Positions 8,528-16,904 of a DNA stretch of 17,418 bases are shown one piece after another. Position numbers and translations under genes: made by a program. The stretch lies in the IMG/VR virus record IMGVR_UViG_643692022_000009; one strand, written 5' to 3'. Positions within the stretch are counted from its first letter, which is position 1. Every line of letters begins with the position of its first letter. The stretch is from a virus (lineage: Duplodnaviria; Heunggongvirae; Uroviricota; Caudoviricetes). The notes under the pieces are model-generated. The model saw nothing but the letters and a program-made list of their open reading frames with translations. It was not told where the DNA came from and ran no database searches.

Positions 8528-8727
8528 GGTGGGAGCTCCGATACGGTTTTGTTGACGGAAATGACCGGAATGATGAGCTGAATACCGGAAGGTAGTACCG
8601 GGTAAATGGCGACATGTGGATTGGCGGCGATAATGCGTTCATAAGCCAGCGCATCGCCATAGTAATGCCATGCCAGATTATCCCAGCGTTCGCCGTCGGT
8701 GGTGATATGTTCAAGGTATCGCATCAC
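8515..8727 (-). CDS. Tail protein X (P2 gpX family, LysM-like), 70 aa
   Basis: A 70-aa protein with 'DGERWDNLAWHYYGD...IIAANPHVAIYPVLPSGIQLIIPVI' parallels gpX ('GDTLD...RYYG...AANP...LP.G..L.IP'). Start overlaps the gpU-like stop (ATGA). Confidence 0.75.
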   Translation of the reverse strand: MMRYLEHITTDGERWDNLAWHYYGDALAYERIIAANPHVAIYPVLPSGIQLIIPVISVNKTVSELPPWLR

Positions 8728-9677
8728 CAGCTCCTCGTAATGGTTGCGGCAGCAAACTGACTCACTGCTGGAGTGGTTCGTTGTACCGTTGTTCGTGCCT
8801 GATCAACCAACGTTGCTGCTTTATCAAACGTCGTTTCGGCGATGTCGCTGGTAATGTCATCGAAAAGCGCCTGAGCATGGTCAACCAGCGTACTGGCGTC
8901 ATTGGCGCAGTCCCGGATACCTGGCATGTTACCCAGTAAAGCTTTAATCTGCGCCGACAACGCTTTTGGGAGTCCTGCCAGCGTTTGCAGATCCATCGGC
9001 TGTATAAACAGGGTTTCGATGGCGTCGATTGTCTTTTTCAACGACGTAATTATCTTTTCACACTTTTCTTTTAACGCTTTGGCCTCTTTAATCAGTGCTT
9101 TCACTTTTGCCACTGTTTTTTTAATATCTTCAATGGATTGCGCCAGTTCATCGAGCATCTCTTTGGCTTTGCGCATACCTTCTTCAATGGCGTTCAATAT
9201 CTGATCTAACCAGGACTCCTCCTTATTCGGAAAATCGCTCGCCTTTTCCTCGATATTAGGCTCCTGGGTGGTAATTGCCGGGGGCAGCAGTGGGTTTTTC
9301 GGATCGCCGGTATACTCCTGGAGCGACATTGTTCCACTTTGGGCAATCACATTGCCCCAGGGATCGGTGTGCTGGTGAGTGGCGGTTAACTCTGTAATTA
9401 CAAACCAGCCGCGATAATCTCCGTTGCCAAACACCAGCGCCATTGCTTTGTGGGCGAGCATGGCTTCACGCAGTCGATTCAGCTCTGTTGTGGGTTGGCA
9501 AAACTGGCTGTGCAGGGAAAATTCCAGCGCCAGCATATCCAGCTTATCGCCAATAAACTGTACGCCAGGTTTGCCTTCAATACGGGCATGTGTGGCGTAA
9601 TCCACGCCCATTGTGCTCTTAAAGCCATCCCAGAACGTGACAACTTTAAATTCAATCTCTCCTAAAACGGCATACAT
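8724..9677 (-). CDS. gpU-like tail terminator domain fused to a roughly 190-aa C-terminal coiled-coil-rich extension (317 aa total)
   Basis: N-terminal 'MYAVLGEIEF...RIEGKPGVQFIGDKLDMLALEFSL' parallels P2 gpU ('MMLALG...F...RIGKRDAFQFLGVGEENITLAGVL'). The C-terminal half is K/E/A-rich with heptad-like periodicity. Start overlaps the tape-measure stop. Confidence 0.7.
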   Translation of the reverse strand: MYAVLGEIEFKVVTFWDGFKSTMGVDYATHARIEGKPGVQFIGDKLDMLALEFSLHSQFCQPTTELNRLREAMLAHKAMALVFGNGDYRGWFVITELTATHQHTDPWGNVIAQSGTMSLQEYTGDPKNPLLPPAITTQEPNIEEKASDFPNKEESWLDQILNAIEEGMRKAKEMLDELAQSIEDIKKTVAKVKALIKEAKALKEKCEKIITSLKKTIDAIETLFIQPMDLQTLAGLPKALSAQIKALLGNMPGIRDCANDASTLVDHAQALFDDITSDIAETTFDKAATLVDQARTTVQRTTPAVSQFAAATITRSW

Positions 9678-12052
9678 CAGGCATACCCCCGGCGCTGCTG
9701 CTGCGCCATTACATCGTTAATCATTCTTTCCAGTTCGCGTTTACTCATCGTCAACACGTTCTGAATCTCTTTAGTGGTGTTTTGTCCGTTACCCTGCACG
9801 GTAATTTGTGGCGAAAAATTCACCTGAACTTTTCCTGAGGAACGGGAAGGTAGCGTCGCCGCTTTGGTTACGGATTTACCAGGTAAAGAGGCCGATGCTT
9901 GTTTGGCGGCTGTATTTTTTGCCGCTGATGCCGATGGTAGCGTTGTCGTTTTACTGGATGGCGCGAGTTGTTTCCCCACTGGAGGCGTTAAAATCGCACC
10001 GGCAACGCCTGGAACAACGGTCGTGGAGGAGACGGATGCGGTATTACTCGTGCTTGTAACAGCCGTAGCCGATCCTTCTGTACTAATACCCATCGTGGTT
10101 TTTAGCCAGTCCGGTAAGGCGTTTTTGATCTGGTCAATAATGCCTTTCAGAGCGGGGAAGGCATTTATTATGCCGTCAACCAGACTGCCCAGAAGATTGC
10201 TGCCGAACTCGCTAAAACTTGCAGGCATCTCGACACCAAACCAATTCATCACACTGGAAAAGGCGCTATAGAACAAAGCCAGCGGCGACCAGTCGAGAAT
10301 CAACCGGCAAATCCCTGCAATACCGCCGTCAAAGGCCGTGGTGATACGTTGCCAGATGGTCGAAAAGAACCTGGAGATAGGCTCCCAGTTGCGATAAATC
10401 AGATAAGCAGCACCCGCAATTGCGGTGATGACCAGGCCAATGGGATTCATCAATAAAACCCTACCCAACCAGAAGACGGTCTGACCTACCTGTTTCAGTG
10501 CGCCAATCAGGCCACGACCAAGCAGTTGCATTAGCCATTTTGCGCCGCCACCCAATGACTTAACCGCTGATAGCATCTTACTTGCCCCGCCTGTGAGCGC
10601 CAGACTTGCCTTGACTTTCAGGAAGATATCGACCAGACGAATAAACGGCGAGGTGATGAGGTTCGCGCCCAGCTTTAAAACATTCAGCGCACCGTTAAAC
10701 AGCCAAATCGCCCCGACGATTTTCGCGATGTTTTGCACCAGTGTCGGGTGCTCACGTAGCCAGGTGCTGAACTGACGAATAACCGGCGTAAGGCTTTGTG
10801 CCAGCTCGCCAATCAGCGGCATTAATTGCAAGCCAATGCTGAGCCATAAATCATTTAACGCCAGCTGTAACGCTTTAGTCTGTTCAATGGGCGAGGCCAT
10901 TTGCGCAGAAAAGTCGGCATCAATCAGATTCTTGCTGGTGGCTTGCATGGCAGAGGTTTTTAACTGGCGATATTCCTCCATATTCGCCAGCATAGGTGCC
11001 AGGAATTCCACCGTTTGCGCATCGCCGAACATTTCGCCCAGATTAAATTGCGTCACCATCGATTGCAGCGCATTGCTGCGAGCAGATAAATCTTCAATCT
11101 GCATAGTTCGTTTGAAGGTGTCGAGGATCGCCGGATTCATCTTCTCAAGCTGCATTTGTACGATATGAGTCATGGCTTCGCTAACACCCATACCGTTTTG
11201 CTGATGTTCAAGCAGAGAGCCTTGCAGATCGACGCCCTGGCTGGCGAACCAGTTATCGGTCTTTTTCGAAAAGGTGGTTTGCAGAAAGTGGTCGAAATTC
11301 TCCGCCGCCGCACTGGCGCTGGCTCCGTTTTTCATGGCGATCTGCATGGCGGCAGTCAGTTCAGCCATACCTTCCAGACCCTGAGCGCCGGTTTTACCTG
11401 CAAATTTGTCTATCCACAGCGTTTGCTCGGCAACGGCAGGCCCACCGCTTTTGCTAATGCCGTACATCATGTTTTGCGCGACGTGGAAATTTTCTGGCGC
11501 AATATTCAGTCGATCATGGGTTGCGAGCGCGGCATTCGCCCATGTTTCAGCACTTTCGCGCGTGGCGGTGGCAGCTTTGGCGATCTCCGGCATATAACGG
11601 TTGAGATCCTGTATCGACGACAAATTGCCTTCGATCAGCGTTTGGGCTGCGTTCTGTAAGGTGGTCTGATGCTGGTTAAAATCCATGCTCCAGTCGCGCA
11701 GATTAAGGCTGAGCGTCTCGCGAGTTGTATCATTCATCCCACCTTTGGTCGCCATATTGACCATGTTGTCCTGGAACTCATACGGCAACTTCCAGTCGGG
11801 GGCTTCAACATTGAATACTTTGCTAAATTGCCCGGCAAATGTGTGGGTTTTCTCCATCAGATTAGCGCGGCTGCGGCTATTTTCCTCCAGGCGGAGAGCG
11901 GAATCGGCAAGCCGCTGCGTTAGTTTGATAACTGTCGCTTGCTGAGTAGAGAGAGCTAACAATGTTCTGGCGTTGAGTGAGCCGTAACGGGCTATTGCCT
12001 GCGTCAACGTCTCATTACGCGCCTGAAGCTGGGTAATAATATCGTTGGCCAA
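9677..12052 (-). CDS. Tail tape measure protein, 791 aa
   Basis: Long alpha-helical protein with central hydrophobic segments and an S/T/A-rich low-complexity C-terminal region, located between the chaperone gene and gpU as in all P2/Mu-type tails. Confidence 0.85.
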   Translation of the reverse strand: MANDIITQLQARNETLTQAIARYGSLNARTLLALSTQQATVIKLTQRLADSALRLEENSRSRANLMEKTHTFAGQFSKVFNVEAPDWKLPYEFQDNMVNMATKGGMNDTTRETLSLNLRDWSMDFNQHQTTLQNAAQTLIEGNLSSIQDLNRYMPEIAKAATATRESAETWANAALATHDRLNIAPENFHVAQNMMYGISKSGGPAVAEQTLWIDKFAGKTGAQGLEGMAELTAAMQIAMKNGASASAAAENFDHFLQTTFSKKTDNWFASQGVDLQGSLLEHQQNGMGVSEAMTHIVQMQLEKMNPAILDTFKRTMQIEDLSARSNALQSMVTQFNLGEMFGDAQTVEFLAPMLANMEEYRQLKTSAMQATSKNLIDADFSAQMASPIEQTKALQLALNDLWLSIGLQLMPLIGELAQSLTPVIRQFSTWLREHPTLVQNIAKIVGAIWLFNGALNVLKLGANLITSPFIRLVDIFLKVKASLALTGGASKMLSAVKSLGGGAKWLMQLLGRGLIGALKQVGQTVFWLGRVLLMNPIGLVITAIAGAAYLIYRNWEPISRFFSTIWQRITTAFDGGIAGICRLILDWSPLALFYSAFSSVMNWFGVEMPASFSEFGSNLLGSLVDGIINAFPALKGIIDQIKNALPDWLKTTMGISTEGSATAVTSTSNTASVSSTTVVPGVAGAILTPPVGKQLAPSSKTTTLPSASAAKNTAAKQASASLPGKSVTKAATLPSRSSGKVQVNFSPQITVQGNGQNTTKEIQNVLTMSKRELERMINDVMAQQQRRGYA

Positions 12053-12141
12053 AATTGTTTCTCTTATAGATTGGTGATGGCCCGCTGGTTAGTTTTCTGA
12101 AAAATGGGCTGGGAAGAAATAAACCTGGCGGGCTTTGAAGA

Positions 12142-12166
12142 ACTCGCAGACATCAGGTCTGCGAGT
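12142..12166. other. Perfect 10-bp inverted repeat (ACTCGCAGAC / GTCTGCGAGT, 5-nt loop) in the chaperone to tape-measure gap
   Basis: Read directly from sequence. On the minus strand the hairpin spans the stop codon of an open +1-frame extension of the chaperone gene and is followed by UUCUUCAAAG (a poor U-tract). Possible attenuator or frameshift-associated structure. Confidence 0.4.
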
Positions 12167-12240
12167 CATATTCGATCTTTATTTGAGCGCTGGCTTCATC
12201 CAGCCAGTTGCTAAAGTCATCTATGGTGAGCGCGTCTATC

Positions 12241-12558
12241 TCACTGGGCGGAAAGCGAAACCATCTCGCCAGTAACGCCATCGCTTGCCATAACAGTGGC
12301 GGATTCTGTAGCCACGCTAAGCATGGATTGAAATCGTTTCTGCAATGCCTGGTAATCCAGCAAATCCATTTCAGCTAAATCTTCTGGCACCAGTCCGGTC
12401 ATTGCCGCCATTAGCGGTTCATCCCATTCTTCTGGTTTTTCGCTGATCCGGCGCGCGTTGCGCATATCTTTTACTTTCAGGCGACGTAATTGCAGCGTGT
12501 CGATATTATTTCCTGCTGCCGACGTAAATGGAAACTGCAAGATATAATGTTCTTTCAT
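12241..12558 (-). CDS. Tail assembly chaperone (P2 gpE-like), 105 aa
   Basis: Small acidic protein in the conserved slot between the tube and tape-measure genes; sequence pattern parallels gpE. A 189-nt gap follows before the tape-measure ATG, where an E-prime-type extension would be expected. Confidence 0.65.
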   Translation of the reverse strand: MKEHYILQFPFTSAAGNNIDTLQLRRLKVKDMRNARRISEKPEEWDEPLMAAMTGLVPEDLAEMDLLDYQALQKRFQSMLSVATESATVMASDGVTGEMVSLSAQ

Positions 12559-12608
12559 TTTGTGTCCTTATTTATTTTGCAAAGTTCGGGGCCGTAGCCC
12601 CGAATAAC

Positions 12609-13133
12609 TTAGCCACCGATGTTATTGCGATAGGTACTTAATTGATCCACACCATTAACCCGGAAAATATTGGCCATATAATCAAGTTCAAGCAGCGTTT
12701 CACCATCAACTACTTGTTTAATATAAGTGCAACCAAAGGCGCTGCTGAATTCCGGGTTTTCATTCTGTTTAAATGTGCCCAGTGGATTCTTTTTAAACAT
12801 CACGGTTAAATGTGTCACTAACGCTAATTGATTCGCTTTCCCCTGGGAGTTATAGCAATCAATACTGGAGCGGCACTGTAATGCCACCGCCTGCCACGGG
12901 TTTGCCGTTTTACGCATGACGTCCTGATAAAAGGAGTTCCATTTAATTTCGCCCTCCAGTTTATCGAAACCTGCCGGGAGTTCGATTTTGCCGACCATAC
13001 CCAGTGCCTTATGCTCTTGCATAATTAAACTGACATCCGGCAATTTAATTTCGGTTGCACGACCTAAAAGGTTATTACCATCGAGATAAATATTGGCGTT
13101 GGTAATACGGTTAATTTGAATTTTTCCAGCCAT
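12609..13133 (-). CDS. Major tail tube protein (P2 gpFII family), 174 aa
   Basis: Size and position immediately downstream of the sheath gene (start overlaps the sheath stop by 1 nt); tube-family sequence character. Confidence 0.85.
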   Translation of the reverse strand: MAGKIQINRITNANIYLDGNNLLGRATEIKLPDVSLIMQEHKALGMVGKIELPAGFDKLEGEIKWNSFYQDVMRKTANPWQAVALQCRSSIDCYNSQGKANQLALVTHLTVMFKKNPLGTFKQNENPEFSSAFGCTYIKQVVDGETLLELDYMANIFRVNGVDQLSTYRNNIGG

Positions 13134-14563
13134 TAGCTATTGCTCTCCAGAGAGACTAAATATTCAGAAGTAATTTCAGTTTCAAACGTCAGACGTTCCA
13201 GCGGCGGTGGCGGGGTGAATTTATAGCTCAGCAATAAATGCCCGGCGCTGAGTTCGGTCGGTGAATTTCGCGCCGGATCGTACCAGCACTCAAAGCCAAG
13301 CAGTGCGCCGTCGGCAATCAGCTTACGGCCCCAGGTATTTACCGATTCGGTCAGGGCATCAATCAGCGCCTGATTAATCGGCATATCAATATACTGCTGA
13401 CTGAAATAACGGATTGACTCATTAATTACATCGCCTGTCCGGCGGGCGTTTTCAAAGTTACGCATATGGGTCACGGTAGGCCATGCCGCTGTGCGGTTGC
13501 CCCACAAGCGCAGACCAGAGCCGTAACTATTGAAAATAGTGGTAATGCCGTTTTCGTTGAGCTGATTCACTTCGCTTTGAGGATCATCAATCATTGCGGA
13601 AAGCGAACGTTCAATACCGGTAATACCCTGAATTTCCTGGTTTGAGTTGCTCCACCAGAAACCTTTTTCGAGGTCTACTTTGGCACGTAGCCCGGCAGCG
13701 CGCGAAGAGAGCGGTTCGAGAACTTCCTGGTTAGTGATGCCATCGTAAACTTTGACGTGTGGGTAACATAAACGCGCACGATCAGAGCTGGTGTTGAAGT
13801 TGATAGCCCCTTGCGAACCGCGTCCTGCCAATACCTGCTGGAATGTCGTCCCAATCGGGGCATCAATGTAGGTAATCGCACCAAGTTTTTCCGCTTGTGC
13901 AATCAGCTCGGTAGTTACTGATTTTTGCGTACAGAACACGGGAGCAAGCAGGATTTTGGCGTAGAAACCATACAGGTTATAGGTGTCCTGTAGCAGTTTC
14001 ATCCCCGTGCGATCGCCTGCGGTATTAACGGCACCGATAATATCGGCTGCGGTGACCTTTGTAGGGTCGCACCAGGAATAATAGGCGCAAACTTTCGCAC
14101 CAGGAGGAATGTCGGCTCCTGTACGGGTAATTATGCCTGTTTGTTCATCTACGCTAAATGCTGCGGTGTTATAGGTTGATGAATTTGATGAAGAGGGCTT
14201 TAGAACCACGTTACGCACATTGCGGTGAGCGAGTTTCGCCTGGTTGTTAGCGTCAAAAGTGATACTCTCATTGCTGATGTTGGAGCCATGTTTTGCCGGA
14301 TCCAGCACGTTAATCACCACCACCGTACCGGCACCGTGGTCATAAATCGCCTTCAGTGCCTGCGGGATCGTAAAGTTAGCCTGAGTCGAACCAAACTGCG
14401 CAGCATCGCTTTCAGAAAGGCATAATGTTGGTTTATTTACCGGACCACAGGGGGCCGTACCGATTAAAGCGATGACGGCGGATTTTACCGCTTTAACCGG
14501 ACGCGGGCCGGTTTCAATTTCAATGGTTTCTACACCGTGCAGATAATTAGCTGCCATGTACAA
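13133..14563 (-). CDS. Contractile tail sheath protein (P2 gpFI / Mu L family), 476 aa
   Basis: N-terminus 'YLHGVETIEIETGPRPVKAVKSAVIALIGTAP' is the conserved sheath start (compare P2 FI 'YHHGVQVLEINEGTR...'). Size is typical of sheath proteins. Confidence 0.9.
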   Translation of the reverse strand: MYMAANYLHGVETIEIETGPRPVKAVKSAVIALIGTAPCGPVNKPTLCLSESDAAQFGSTQANFTIPQALKAIYDHGAGTVVVINVLDPAKHGSNISNESITFDANNQAKLAHRNVRNVVLKPSSSNSSTYNTAAFSVDEQTGIITRTGADIPPGAKVCAYYSWCDPTKVTAADIIGAVNTAGDRTGMKLLQDTYNLYGFYAKILLAPVFCTQKSVTTELIAQAEKLGAITYIDAPIGTTFQQVLAGRGSQGAINFNTSSDRARLCYPHVKVYDGITNQEVLEPLSSRAAGLRAKVDLEKGFWWSNSNQEIQGITGIERSLSAMIDDPQSEVNQLNENGITTIFNSYGSGLRLWGNRTAAWPTVTHMRNFENARRTGDVINESIRYFSQQYIDMPINQALIDALTESVNTWGRKLIADGALLGFECWYDPARNSPTELSAGHLLLSYKFTPPPPLERLTFETEITSEYLVSLESNS

Positions 14564-14744
14564 TTTCCTCTCCGTTATTTTGTTCTTCCTGAGTGATGAC
14601 AGGTGTCAGATGATTGCGGGCAATCATGGTCATGACCCACTCGTTGTCTTCTGGCAGATCAATTTCACTGTTCGGCCACAATAAGATTTCTTGTCCGTCG
14701 GCAAGGGTGACGCCGCTTGCCGGGCCGTTGTAGATGTATTTCAT
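14547..14744 (-). CDS. Small conserved phage protein (65 aa), possibly Mu gp38-like (DUF2635-type)
   Basis: Tightly packed between the upstream ORF (ATGA overlap at 14741-14744) and the sheath gene (17-nt overlap), matching the small ORF that precedes the sheath gene in Mu-like tail modules. The family assignment is from memory and not verified. Confidence 0.35.
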   Translation of the reverse strand: MKYIYNGPASGVTLADGQEILLWPNSEIDLPEDNEWVMTMIARNHLTPVITQEEQNNGEEIVHGS

Positions 14745-15196
14745 TCAGTTTCCTCGTAATTAACTTCAGTAAGCAGGGTAAGGTCCGTGCTTTCCCGTTT
14801 CGCGATAAACAGCGAGCTGGTCGCCATTTCCAGGATGTAGCGGCAGAAACCACCGCTCTCGCCTGCATTGATTTCTTTTTCAAGCCAAAGAAGACGCTCG
14901 CAATCAGGAAGCTGGATCCCCCCCAGTGCGCTGCGTATGCGGTCCAGTGCGTTTAACGCGTCACAATTTTTGCCAACAATAACGGTGGCAGTTAAACGGA
15001 GCGTTTGCTGTTGCACGAGAGCATCACTGCTTTCAGACATGGCAAATAGAGAACCGCTATAATTAATAATCACTGTAACTTGCTGCGTCTGCGGAATATA
15101 TTTATGGGCATCAACCGATGAAATAGATACATCCATTTCGGGATTCTGTTCACATAATCTGGTCACAACAGAATTCATTACTGATAAAATTTCCAT
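14741..15196 (-). CDS. Hypothetical tail-module protein, 151 aa; candidate tail completion / terminator-type protein (Mu gp37-like by position)
   Basis: Uninterrupted ORF with AAGGGA 8 nt upstream of the ATG, co-oriented with and immediately upstream of the sheath operon. No diagnostic motif recognised. Confidence 0.35.
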   Translation of the reverse strand: MEILSVMNSVVTRLCEQNPEMDVSISSVDAHKYIPQTQQVTVIINYSGSLFAMSESSDALVQQQTLRLTATVIVGKNCDALNALDRIRSALGGIQLPDCERLLWLEKEINAGESGGFCRYILEMATSSLFIAKRESTDLTLLTEVNYEETE

Positions 15197-15313
15197 ATAG
15201 GGTATCCCTTAATTATCGCTGATTCGTTAACGCTCACTTCGTTATCGTTGAAATGTATTCTGACGTAGTGAAGGTGAAGGATCTTTTAATCTGCTTTAGA
15301 GAAAAAATTGAAT

Positions 15314-15628
15314 TTAATAGCTACCGCGTTGTAATAGCTCTATTTTGCTATATAAGGCATCCAGCTTTGCTTCTAATACTGCCTGGCCACGAAGATAATC
15401 TTCTCTGCGGACATAATGCAGCGGAAGCTCGGCACGAAATTCGAGAAATTCTCTTTCCAGTTTCGACCAGTTTGTTTCTGATTCCCGGCGCGCGTTTTCC
15501 AGAGATTCAAAACGCTCATTAAGTCTTTTTTCAATTTGCGCTAACAGCAATTTTCCGGCAGCAAACATTAATCCAACGAAGGAAAGCATAAGGGAGATCA
15601 CTTCCCAAAAATCGATACTGAGTTTCAT
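15314..15628 (-). CDS. Membrane-anchored coiled-coil protein, 104 aa; candidate i-spanin or other lysis accessory protein
   Basis: N-terminal hydrophobic segment ('VISLMLSFVGLMFAAGKLLL') followed by a charged helical region with heptad character; located 12 nt downstream of the lytic transglycosylase gene. No o-spanin lipoprotein partner was identified. Confidence 0.45.
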   Translation of the reverse strand: MKLSIDFWEVISLMLSFVGLMFAAGKLLLAQIEKRLNERFESLENARRESETNWSKLEREFLEFRAELPLHYVRREDYLRGQAVLEAKLDALYSKIELLQRGSY

Positions 15629-15640
15629 CGGCCCCTCTGA

Positions 15641-16246
15641 TTAGTGAAGACAGCTTGCCTGTCCCCAGAGTAAATAGCGGGCGGCGTGTTGATAGAGAAT
15701 CATCTTTGGATAGCGACGATTTTCTCGCCAGTTCGTGGCGCTGCGCCCGGCGTTGACTTGCTCAACATGACCAAACCAGAGAGTGGCATCTAGCCCTTTG
15801 GATACAGCCAGTTTTTTATCCCGATTAACCCATCCCTGACCGCCGTTATAGGCGCTTAGGGTAAACGCCATACGCTGACAATCATTTTTCGCAGAGATGT
15901 TTTTCCACAAATACTGGTCATATTGCACCAGCGCGCGAATCGCCCAGGTTGGGTTATACGGTTTGTTTTCACGCAACTGCGGATACAACTGGCTTACCCA
16001 TGTCGCTGTAGCAGGCATGAATTGCGCCATACCTTGTGCGCCAACGGGGGAACGTACCATTGGCTGCCAGGCGGACTCCTGGTGTAATTGCCCGGCAAAG
16101 TCGGCCACTGGGGCATTCAGTCCCCAGACTTCTCGAGCGGTACGAATTAGTTCGTTTCGCCATGCCAGAGAGGCTCTCGGCGGTTCAGAGGCGTTGAGTG
16201 GGAAAAGAACGAAAATAATCATAGACGCGATATATTTCAGCCACAT
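15641..16246 (-). CDS. SLT-domain lytic transglycosylase (endolysin) with N-terminal signal or SAR-like hydrophobic segment, 201 aa from the ATG at 16246
   Basis: Contains the family-1 lytic transglycosylase motif with catalytic Glu: 'HQESAWQPMVRSPVGAQGMAQFMPATA'. N-terminus 'MWLKYIASMIIFVLFPLNASEPP'. The ORF track extends to 16345, but the ATG at 16244-16246 lies 2 nt after the upstream gene stop and begins the hydrophobic segment. Confidence 0.8.
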   Translation of the reverse strand: MWLKYIASMIIFVLFPLNASEPPRASLAWRNELIRTAREVWGLNAPVADFAGQLHQESAWQPMVRSPVGAQGMAQFMPATATWVSQLYPQLRENKPYNPTWAIRALVQYDQYLWKNISAKNDCQRMAFTLSAYNGGQGWVNRDKKLAVSKGLDATLWFGHVEQVNAGRSATNWRENRRYPKMILYQHAARYLLWGQASCLH

Positions 16247-16248
16247 CA

Positions 16249-16536
16249 CTATAGCCCTAACGCGACGGAAAGGCAGACGGCAGCAACGATGATAGCCCGG
16301 CGAATCATTGCCGCCGCGCAGCAACGCGGTTCCTTCCAGGGGCAAAAAGAGTCAGGCCGTGCCCAGGGGAACAAACTGCGATCGAGCCAGTATCCCAGCA
16401 CCGCGGAAAGCGAAACCAGGCTTAGTTTATAAATGACGACCGGGATTTGTGCTGAAGAGGTCCAGCCGATCACGACAAACAGCGCGACGGAAGCGACCAG
16501 CCAGCCGGAAAGCCGGGGAAATGTGATTTTTTTCAT
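16249..16536 (-). CDS. Small membrane protein with three hydrophobic segments, 95 aa; holin candidate
   Basis: GGAGAT lies 5 nt upstream of the ATG. Hydrophobic stretches 'WLVASVALFVVIGW', 'IPVVIYKLSLVSLSAVLGYWL' and 'AIIVAAVCLSVALGL'; stop lies 2 nt before the endolysin ATG. It lacks the charged C-terminal tail typical of holins, so confidence is moderate. Confidence 0.5.
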   Translation of the reverse strand: MKKITFPRLSGWLVASVALFVVIGWTSSAQIPVVIYKLSLVSLSAVLGYWLDRSLFPWARPDSFCPWKEPRCCAAAMIRRAIIVAAVCLSVALGL

Positions 16537-16832
16537 ACGATATCTCCTGATAAATGAGCGTTTAGTGTCGTCAGAACCCGCCAGTGAAGAATGAAAAAAG
16601 CTTTAATAAATAAGTTTAAAAAATAGATTCTCTATAAATGAACATGCCCGCTAATAAATCCACCCGTCAATAAAAGAGCAAAAGGTGACCTGGCGAACAA
16701 GTGCATCATTATGCAGGGGAAAGATGATGGTGGATCGTAGGAATATTCGATAGTTATTTGATTTTTAAAGTTTGTTTAAGAAAGTCAGCGACTGTGAGGG
16801 AAACGATCTTTTTACACTACAAGTAAAAATAA

Positions 16833-16852
16833 TACTGTATGTGTATACAGTA
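16833..16852. promoter_or_regulatory. LexA (SOS) box, TACTGTATGTGTATACAGTA
   Basis: Matches the E. coli LexA consensus TACTGTATATATATACAGTA (CTGT-N8-ACAG) at 18 of 20 positions, differing only at two central, weakly conserved positions. It lies in the divergent AT-rich intergenic region between the Mor-like gene and the lysis/tail operon. Confidence 0.65.
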
Positions 16853-16873
16853 TCGTGTAAAATGATACACCTG

Positions 16874-16904
16874 TTGACAAGAAACATAACGCAAACAATA
16901 TATC
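16874..16904 (+). promoter_or_regulatory. Candidate sigma70 promoter reading toward the Mor-like gene (-35 TTGACA, -10 AATATA / TATATC at 17-19 nt spacing)
   Basis: Consensus TTGACA at 16874-16879, 22 nt downstream of the LexA box, with A/T-rich -10 candidates at 16897-16904. A second dyad (GTGTA-N6-TACAC, 16856-16871) lies between the LexA box and the -35. Confidence 0.35.

Noticed and set aside
8520-8714. Alternative-frame 64-aa ORF overlapping gpX
   Set aside because: It lies in another frame of the same strand as the gpX gene; the gpX frame gives the family-typical sequence and an ATGA-coupled start, so the alternative is discarded.
9808-11945. Several plus-strand ORFs (60-167 aa) inside the tape-measure region
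   Set aside because: All are antisense to the 791-aa tape-measure gene, lack convincing ribosome-binding sites and have no recognisable motifs. They are typical spurious ORFs opposite a long GC-balanced gene.
12241-12330. Canonical -1 programmed frameshift site at the 3' end of the gpE-like chaperone gene
   Set aside because: No XXXYYYZ slippery heptamer was found in the last 90 nt, and the -1 frame terminates within three codons of the gpE stop. Only the +1 frame is open, and this is reported separately as a hypothesis.
6776-14563. Interpretation as a type VI secretion system or eCIS/PVC-like injection system
   Set aside because: The cluster has a tape measure, gpU/X/D, a Tfa-chaperoned tail fibre and a holin-endolysin cassette, and lacks TssB/C-ClpV, membrane-complex or AAA+ ATPase genes. 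This composition is phage-tail or tailocin, not T6SS or eCIS.
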